Shown here one piece after another: positions 55,001 through 61,600 of a stretch of DNA of 64,000 nt. The position numbers and the translations under genes are program-made. Source of the stretch: a virus (taxonomy: Duplodnaviria > Caudoviricetes); IMG/VR virus record IMGVR_UViG_3300035208_003115. One strand, 5' to 3'. Under the pieces are notes generated by a model, which was given only the letters and a program-made list of their open reading frames with translations, had not been told where the DNA came from and did no database searches. Position 1 is the first letter of the stretch. The number at the start of each line of letters is the position of its first letter.

Positions 55001-56136
55001 CTGCTGACTCCGTTAATTAAACCTTGGATAGTTGAATTAGAACGGAATTTAAACACCGTAAGAAGACGGTCTTTATAATCTTGGTTGGATTCCCCGATAA
55101 GGCGAGGAGTATCAAATCTTAGTCCATATTCATCAAAATAGTTCCATACAGCTAGTGGCTCTCCAGAATATGCAACACCATCGATTATGGTTGTAGTATA
55201 TCCCTCATTTGTATAGAAGTATTTTTTATCATAGTCGAAGATGCCATAGTCGAAGTCAAGCTTGAACTTAACGACATCAACTAGGGACTGAGTATAGAAG
55301 TATCGATGATCGATATCTGTCGCTAACCCCGATATAAGCGGGTCGGCATAGACGACTTCATCAAACAGAGGGAGGACTCTAACATATTCGGTGTTCCCAC
55401 TCCAGTCGGCTTCTGTGTTTTCTTTTATAGGAATTCGGACATCGTAGACTCTAAAGGTTTCGCCAATTAGAGTGACGAGATAGTCTCCGTTTAGGCAGTA
55501 ACCTTGAATTAGACCTGATACTAGGGAGCCAGCAGAATCTAAAAGACTGACCTTACTAATGGGTTCGAAGTTCTGCGGTTGCGCATATGGGAGCTCCATG
55601 TCTCCGATTACGAAGAACTTCTCCATCTTGACTTCATCCGCCTCTTGGTATAGACGAATATAGGATGTCTTTTCTTCCTTCCACATATCTACATGCGGGA
55701 GATCGTAGGGAATATTTTCATCTACAGCGTTAAATGAAACTCCACTTGGGAGCCCGGCAGCTTGAACCCCTATCGCTGTTATCCGTGTTGGGGGGACAAG
55801 ATAGGTCATCTGGTCTAAATCTTCTACGATAGAGATAGGATTGGCGTCTCCAGTCGCAGTATGAACAACGTCTTCACTTAGTTCAATCTTTCTTGGAAGG
55901 CGAACACGTTGAATTTCACTTACTACGTTAATGTCGCAAGTGCTTAAGGCCATAACTCCAGAGGCAGTAGCATAGCTTCGTTGAACAATATCAAACTCGC
56001 GACCAATAGGCGCAAGTAACTGTTGCCCGACTGAACTTCGCTCAATCCGGAGTTTAGTCCAGCTTGGGTAATAGTTCGCCAGAGATTGTGTATTGAATGA
56101 ATAGTACTTGTCAACTACGCCGGAGGCATGGTCCAT
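52036..56136 (-). CDS. Large baseplate wedge/tail protein with Ig-like and Asp-box/Kelch propeller domains
   Basis: FDE.GL....RL.GESN..YK.RL motif; G.P..GA.I.F...T..DG.A.A.Y Ig-like; W.T.DG..W repeats; LWVIGG. Confidence 0.8.
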   Translation of the reverse strand: MDHASGVVDKYYSFNTQSLANYYPSWTKLRIERSSVGQQLLAPIGREFDIVQRSYATASGVMALSTCDINVVSEIQRVRLPRKIELSEDVVHTATGDANPISIVEDLDQMTYLVPPTRITAIGVQAAGLPSGVSFNAVDENIPYDLPHVDMWKEEKTSYIRLYQEADEVKMEKFFVIGDMELPYAQPQNFEPISKVSLLDSAGSLVSGLIQGYCLNGDYLVTLIGETFRVYDVRIPIKENTEADWSGNTEYVRVLPLFDEVVYADPLISGLATDIDHRYFYTQSLVDVVKFKLDFDYGIFDYDKKYFYTNEGYTTTIIDGVAYSGEPLAVWNYFDEYGLRFDTPRLIGESNQDYKDRLLTVFKFRSNSTIQGLINGVSRETSLDYYGWLPQSGYPTNLFDDGEFYDGYPIYVSGEYPSTVSGIAKINPLFDPTFYSSVVDPSSNIASERFVDYTREILETFPILWGSGETDPSAFIWDLAPFDGGANNTNVVPDFYSSVTSGVDRIYYQSGVSDPNSQDLLVRIVPVSGDIWSPDIHTGNFYIHDDRDYLFSTEIVETIPSGEVSYQLLNPTFSSPYFLYDQDGVVAPSGVEWLHVADLDTSPQFEFTVDTSGLVTINHDHSGLTIRYEGTPASEWHRLPWDFNPLHGMGYDGFIWISDKKQVLNDDSFSLEAIPNTLPIGGSQSLLLGTLLDEDGLPVIGAEIYFRLAAGNEGTVSPNGTPVLTQFDGTAIATYSSPIDLDVISASGYISGPSDFYANPSGIGINWAFDFHATDWDSYSIPRPAPIVDFYWGDEVGYYVTKAGTTPKLWAVEQIVNAADRTSLYIRRASTLDGTNWISELPVYIDSASSATPFNINDGHPLVMMKRYGSNQQTASFKGYTYARTWAGLWRTLDGSRWSRTWAGINEDNSVGYGPQGYFDAGLAYNSMVVLHPGEPNETLFDLGGCNQSAVWRTTDGTNWTASVCPWGPRVQGGITAFQNKIWVIAGNQSAIPFAPYTADPMASVSAPLHDMWYSDDGISWTSWGTLPFDMSVGFATVVYRDRLWVIGGVNKIDSSGLIGSSEVWSFDGTDWAQHANAPWGPTAYQEAIVFNNAIRPIGGGWVVSTGPAWESHSLTGWAMTLSGAMSAFFPNKTLGTSFDDMLLYSVNPDISGYGDYEVKILFMSPSDSYNVALPLASGWVYSSDDGYFRTAIGGQGYFSDLGDGISDSAHNIDITSLKVDGTSVWPIAAHSGHANFLAYEVDEYDSPTDFGKLVVVASNLTMLNYAAGLRTTFDTYAPTHPVGSLPTPSGTYLYFNADLDHHTQDNLRVITPGDVEVIASGWYEDVPIPEKRATINIGLDPLQQGALRLDEKFIDYFSYLRWTGL

Positions 56137-56138
56137 TG

Positions 56139-57368
56139 TTAGTTATACTCGATAACGATTGGGGTAAAGTCTATGTCGTGTTCATATCCCTGCATATTCT
56201 GCTCTACAAGATGCTTGTCATCAAAGAAGGCAGTATAGTTATAAGAGAGAGGCTCGCGGACCCTGTTTGTTATAAGAACCCCATCAACGATATCTGCAGT
56301 TGTTGGAGACCATATATAAACGGCCAGCTTATCTGCTGAGGTGTCTTCGTCTTCGACATCAAGAATTTCATTAGACACATCCATGATTCTTTGAATTAGT
56401 TCATTTCGTACAAAGCCTTCTCCCATTGGGATATTATTAACATAGTCGTATATTGCATCCTCAACTTGCTCAACTATAGCAGGCTTATCTAGCTCTGTGG
56501 TTGTTGGTCGGAATAGAATCTTTGCGTATGCCTCTATCCCGATATATCTTGGAGATCTTACTGTGCAGAACTCTCCTGCCGCGGTAACAGAGGAGACAGA
56601 GTTGAAGACGTTCTGGAGTATTGCTTCAGAAATGATGGGAGTAGAGCCGACTACGATAAGTCCATATGTCCCGATCCCGTGCATATAAGGTATCGGTAGA
56701 ACATCAGAGACCCCAGCAACAGATAGGGCTGCAAGACGGATAGAGGTTATGTTAGCAGCTTCTGCCGCTGTTACTGCCTTAGATAGAATGTATCTATATT
56801 CTTCGTCTGTCTGAACATCGCTTCCGTTATCGATTGCCTCTATGTTGGTTGTTAATAGGCCGGGGACATCGAGTCCATGGGCCACCAAGATATTGGGTCC
56901 CACATTAGAATCAGAGCCCGGGACAATCGCTTCGACTGATCCGATAGCGCTTACATCTCCATTGTTAAATGCTATATCAGAAGCTACGCGATATTGAATG
57001 ATTCCATCTTCTGATTGGACTAGCGTTCCGGTTGGGATTGGGTTAGTAATGCCGGGTAGAAGATCGAGAGATCTGGATGAACAATAGAATTTCTGAACAT
57101 TAGCCCGAGTTCCTAAAACAGATCCACCGCGGGGGACGTTAAGAAGAACCCCCATAAGATCCAGGCCATCGCCTGTTGCTGAACTTAGATATGACTGAGC
57201 GAGAGTAGAGTTTAATAGTTCGTTATTTTGAGAGAGCTTGGCATTAACAGCCCGGAGAATAGATTGGGTCAAGGTTCCGGCCGAGACCCTAGTTAGAGCG
57301 GAGTTAGCTCTAAGCATTGCCAGTGTTTCTAGGTTCATCAAGTCTACTGGCTTATTGACGATGGACAT
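56139..57368 (-). CDS. Baseplate J/gp47-like wedge protein
   Basis: YLSSATG..LD..G, IP.GT.V, EA..PG..SN, G.D.QTDEEYR, ALSVAGV.DV. Confidence 0.9.
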   Translation of the reverse strand: MSIVNKPVDLMNLETLAMLRANSALTRVSAGTLTQSILRAVNAKLSQNNELLNSTLAQSYLSSATGDGLDLMGVLLNVPRGGSVLGTRANVQKFYCSSRSLDLLPGITNPIPTGTLVQSEDGIIQYRVASDIAFNNGDVSAIGSVEAIVPGSDSNVGPNILVAHGLDVPGLLTTNIEAIDNGSDVQTDEEYRYILSKAVTAAEAANITSIRLAALSVAGVSDVLPIPYMHGIGTYGLIVVGSTPIISEAILQNVFNSVSSVTAAGEFCTVRSPRYIGIEAYAKILFRPTTTELDKPAIVEQVEDAIYDYVNNIPMGEGFVRNELIQRIMDVSNEILDVEDEDTSADKLAVYIWSPTTADIVDGVLITNRVREPLSYNYTAFFDDKHLVEQNMQGYEHDIDFTPIVIEYN

Positions 57369-57369
57369 A

Positions 57370-57786
57370 TTAAGACTCCTCTACCTGCAGGCCTTTTGTA
57401 TAGTTGAAATCGAATACCATTTGTGTGGCTTCTATCCCTACATCATTCTGAAGGGTAAGATAAGCGACGATGGTATCGATAGCGATTGGGATGACTCGAA
57501 GATCTATATCTTCCTTGGAAAAATACCCGTTCTGGGTCAAGGCTCTCAGTATCTCTGCTCTAACTAAACTTGCATTTTGCCGCGTGTTTGGTTCACCGAT
57601 AAAGGTATACAACCGGGATCCTATGGAGGGAAACGCTTCAAAATCGCCAAGGATTGTATATGTATTTAGAATTATATCCTGGCGTGTAGTTTGGTCAATA
57701 GAGGCTAGGGCCAAATCTCCACCGGAAGAAACCACTAGATCCCCATCATCCGACATCTGGATGTCTTGTCGGGTGTACGAAGCCAT
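57370..57786 (-). CDS. Baseplate wedge/sheath initiator (gp25/gpW-like)
   Basis: GDL..S.GDLAL, QDI.....T..GD....P.IGS.L..FIG.PN. Confidence 0.85.
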   Translation of the reverse strand: MASYTRQDIQMSDDGDLVVSSGGDLALASIDQTTRQDIILNTYTILGDFEAFPSIGSRLYTFIGEPNTRQNASLVRAEILRALTQNGYFSKEDIDLRVIPIAIDTIVAYLTLQNDVGIEATQMVFDFNYTKGLQVEES

Positions 57787-57802
57787 GATATTCTCCTCTT
57801 AG

Positions 57803-57810
57803 ATTATAAC
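57803..57810 (-). promoter_or_regulatory. GTTATAAT motif (candidate late promoter)
   Basis: ACTCGTTATAAT, 16 nt upstream of the 57786 start. Confidence 0.5.
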
Positions 57811-57815
57811 GAGTA

Positions 57816-58625
57816 TTAGACTGATTTTATCTGATTCATGTACTTAGTTATATTCCCTAGAAGTTTGGTTCCCGGGGGAGACCAGATTAGGGTGGGAATT
57901 GGCGTTACCGCCGTAGAAGGTATCTGGAACATAAGCATTGGGTTCAAGTGCCAGGCTCCCATTACCCTGACATCCTGTATTTGTGAGGTTATATTAACTT
58001 TACCAGCTATAGAAACGCCATTTTGAGCACTAACTTCAACGCCATTGTTATGGTCGGCTACTAGTCTTACCTCATCTTCGCCAATATAAACGTGCGCAAC
58101 CGGATCATCAATTAGGAGAGTCGGGTCATCTGTTGTGACCTTATTATCTCCAATGAACTCTCTTGGGACAGGCCGGGGTGGCTTAACTGTTATAGACTGA
58201 CCCTGAGGATGTTTCCGAAGGTTAATTCCTGCAGTTAGAGACTTAGCCTCTTTTACAATTTTACCATCAACAGGAGTGGATTTCTTTGTTCCTGATGATC
58301 CAAAAATAGCCGAAGAGATTCCATATTCTATATTCGGGACCGGGGTTGCCTTGGGTATCAGCTCTACACAAATTGGACTCTTGGGATCACCATGAAGTAA
58401 CCCAATATATGAGCCAGCGTTAATGGGATAATGGAGTCCAGGAGTTGGCTTAAGCCGAGCCTCAAACGTTTCATTGCCCTTTGTCGCTCCGGCCTGCATG
58501 CGACAAATAGCTCTCGTCTGATCGGGACTTATACTGTCAATATATACGGTCGTCCCTCTAAAGGAACGTTCCATCTCCGTGCGAGCGATATCTTGAGTTG
58601 CTTTAAGCGTAGTCTTATTTATCAT
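57816..58625 (-). CDS. Putative baseplate central spike-like protein
   Basis: Lies between hub and gp25-like genes; OB-like N-part and beta-strand C-part. Confidence 0.5.
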   Translation of the reverse strand: MINKTTLKATQDIARTEMERSFRGTTVYIDSISPDQTRAICRMQAGATKGNETFEARLKPTPGLHYPINAGSYIGLLHGDPKSPICVELIPKATPVPNIEYGISSAIFGSSGTKKSTPVDGKIVKEAKSLTAGINLRKHPQGQSITVKPPRPVPREFIGDNKVTTDDPTLLIDDPVAHVYIGEDEVRLVADHNNGVEVSAQNGVSIAGKVNITSQIQDVRVMGAWHLNPMLMFQIPSTAVTPIPTLIWSPPGTKLLGNITKYMNQIKSV

Positions 58626-61600
58626 AAATTCATTCCTGTAATGCTAGAATAGAACTCTTCTAGAGCTCCAGCTACTGTGTTAACGGACCCAGAGAGTCTT
58701 CTCCACTCACCGGCCATATTCTCCCATATCCCCCCGCGATGCGTAATGCCATCCAGACCAGCGTGGAAGGGCTTACCCATTAGAGAAAGTGGAGTAATCC
58801 GAAGTGGGCAGGCATAGTTGGGATCATCAATTCCTGCGAACATTTGGTAATAGGCAATAGGGCCTCCTACTGCCAAGGTTTTCATCATATTTAGGAATGA
58901 TACCTTTGTAAGAGCGGCCCAGGATTCTTTATTAATTAGAACCTTGGCAGCTCCCTTCGAACCATTGGCGACCATTCCGCCTGTTACTCCAGCTGTTGCT
59001 GCAAAGTTTCCCTTGGCTATCATCCAGTCTATTTCTGCTTCAAGACTTGATCCGGGTTTGGCTCTCATAATATTTTTGAGGGCGGCATTAACTTCCATCC
59101 CATTAGCCTCTGTTAGCTTAGATATCTGAGGGATAGATGCGTCCTTGAGGGAACGCGCTTTGTTGATTTCGGTAATGATTTTATATTTTGCATTATCTAT
59201 CTTTTTATCTGCCATAAACTTGAGAGTTCTACTACTAACCGCTTCTTTGGTGGCAACATCAAAAGTCTTGGCGATTGATTTATACTTACTGCCTACGAAT
59301 TTATACAGTTGGTTGCCAAGCGTCTTTCCCTTTTTAAACGCTTGGGCCGCAGCTTTATTAACAGCTTGTTTTGATAGAATAGAGGCCCCTGCTTGACCTC
59401 CTTTTGCGAGAGCCCCTGCTTGACCTATTCCTGGGACAACTAGAAGTGCCAACATAGCGACATCAAAGACCTCTTTAATAAGAGAGGCTGGACCCATTCC
59501 TTGACTGAGGATATCCAAATAAGCGTGTGGTTCGATGATGCTGACAAATCCGTTTTCGGCTGACATGACATGCGTTACAGATTTAACCTCTATGGGGCCG
59601 TACATCTTAGTATAATCATCGTGGATATAGATGACATCATATGGCTTAATCTCTGGATTCCCTAGGAGAACTAGGCGTCCTCCGTACATGTTTCTGACGC
59701 CTTCAGCGAGTATAGAGGTGGCATAATTTCTCGCCTGCTTGACCGTCTTAGCATTTTCAACCGGGATAGTGAGTTCGCGAGTAACCCTATCGTCTAGGGT
59801 TTCCCCTGCCTGTATTTGGAACTCATTATTCAGTTTATCTCCGAAGATAAGTTGAGGAAGGAATGGAGTATAGTAGTCCATAAAGTCATGGCGCTTATAC
59901 TTAACCTTGACCTGATTCCACATTCCTGTAAAGTTAGAACAAATCTTGTTATCAACGATATGCTCGTATCCGGAGGCAATATGGTAGTTTCTAAATCTCT
60001 TTTCAATGGGGCTATGACCGAATTCAGCTAGAACCTTCTGAAATTCCCCGCTGATATCAACGAGATTCTGTAATAAAATATTCCTAAAGACGGTGTGTGT
60101 CTTGAGGTCTGTCCTAAAGATGGGTCCAGAGAAAGAGATGCTACCATTATCTAGTTTCTTAATGGTGATTTCTCCTACCCGGTGATTAACATAAAAGTTA
60201 AACGGAATATGACCCTCGAAGCTAATCGAGTTTTTATTCTTTGTCTCGTCAGTAATCTGATTTAAATCCATCGGATTTCGACTAGATGTCGAGGTTGTTT
60301 TCTTGTCTCCTCCCGGAAGAAAGGTTCCCAATAGGAGTTGCCATATACTCGATAATTTGAACCAGCAGATAACAGCTAGAGGAGATTCAATTCCATACTT
60401 TTTGTATATCTTCTTCATTGGGCCGAGAAGACTTTTATCAAAGTCGGCCTGGTCCCCGATGAAAGGGATGTCCGTGGCTAGATTCTTTAGTTCTTCTTTA
60501 ACTTTTTTCTCATCTAGAATTAGGTCATACCTAGATAGAACGCCTTGAAGATTATCAAATAGGGCGACGTCCTTTTGGTCTATCCCCGTTGTCTGAATTT
60601 TCGCCCGAGATAGAGTGGCGTATACAGTTTGAACGTCAGTATCTCTATAGAAATCAAGGAGAGGGATAGTTCTTCCGCTAAGAGATTTAAGAATTGAGCT
60701 ACGAACAACTGGGTCGAGGTGATCTAGCATCTCTGATTTTAGTGGATCCGATGGCTGACTCTTAATAAGCTCTTTAGCTAAGCGTGCAATTTCTGCTTCG
60801 TATGGGTCGGTTTCTTTCTTGGCATAGATGGGGCCAGGACTTTCTTCTTTAGAATTAAGGCCGAAGTCGCGAGTGTCTGATTTTCTCTCGCTCTTTTGAG
60901 GTTCTTCTGTTCCTAGCTGGAACTGGATATTGCCAGTTGAACCATCTGAACCGATTGTGTTTAGGACATCAACAACTTTACAGTAGTCCATTAGCAGGCT
61001 CATGGTTCTGCCTTTGGCTCCCTCGGCGTGGTTCGCACGCCATTTAGCGAAGGCTTGATCAATCCGATCTTTGACCTTCATCCACTGGAGATAATTAAAC
61101 TCGGGTTTTTTGGCCTCTGGAGTTGCATCGTTGGCCATTTCCTCTTGAAACTTTTCTCTAACACTTTTGTTTGAATTCGGAGCTTTCTTATTGAGGCTTC
61201 TCCAACCTCCTCCTAAATCTGGAATTAGGTCGAGAGACAACTTCATATATTGTCTTGTGACTCCCAGATCCTGGGTATATTTATACCAGTCATCTGGACG
61301 GCCAAAGAAGACCGTTTCTCTGTCATCATACGGGACAACCTGGCAGATATAGCCGGGGTGAGCAGCCGCGATATCTTGAAGAGCATCCCACTTGGTCATG
61401 TTGTCAGCGTTATATGACTGTAGTAATCTCCATGTCCCGGGCTCTAATTCCTGATCGATATAAATGTTATCGTCAAAGGCTGGACCATCTATAAAGTCGG
61501 TGACCGTAGATGGAAGAATAGAGGCCTGGACAAGTCTGCCCAGATGTTTGACCTTAGAGTCTAGAAGCATCCACCAAATGAATGCTTTAGGAGGGCAAAT

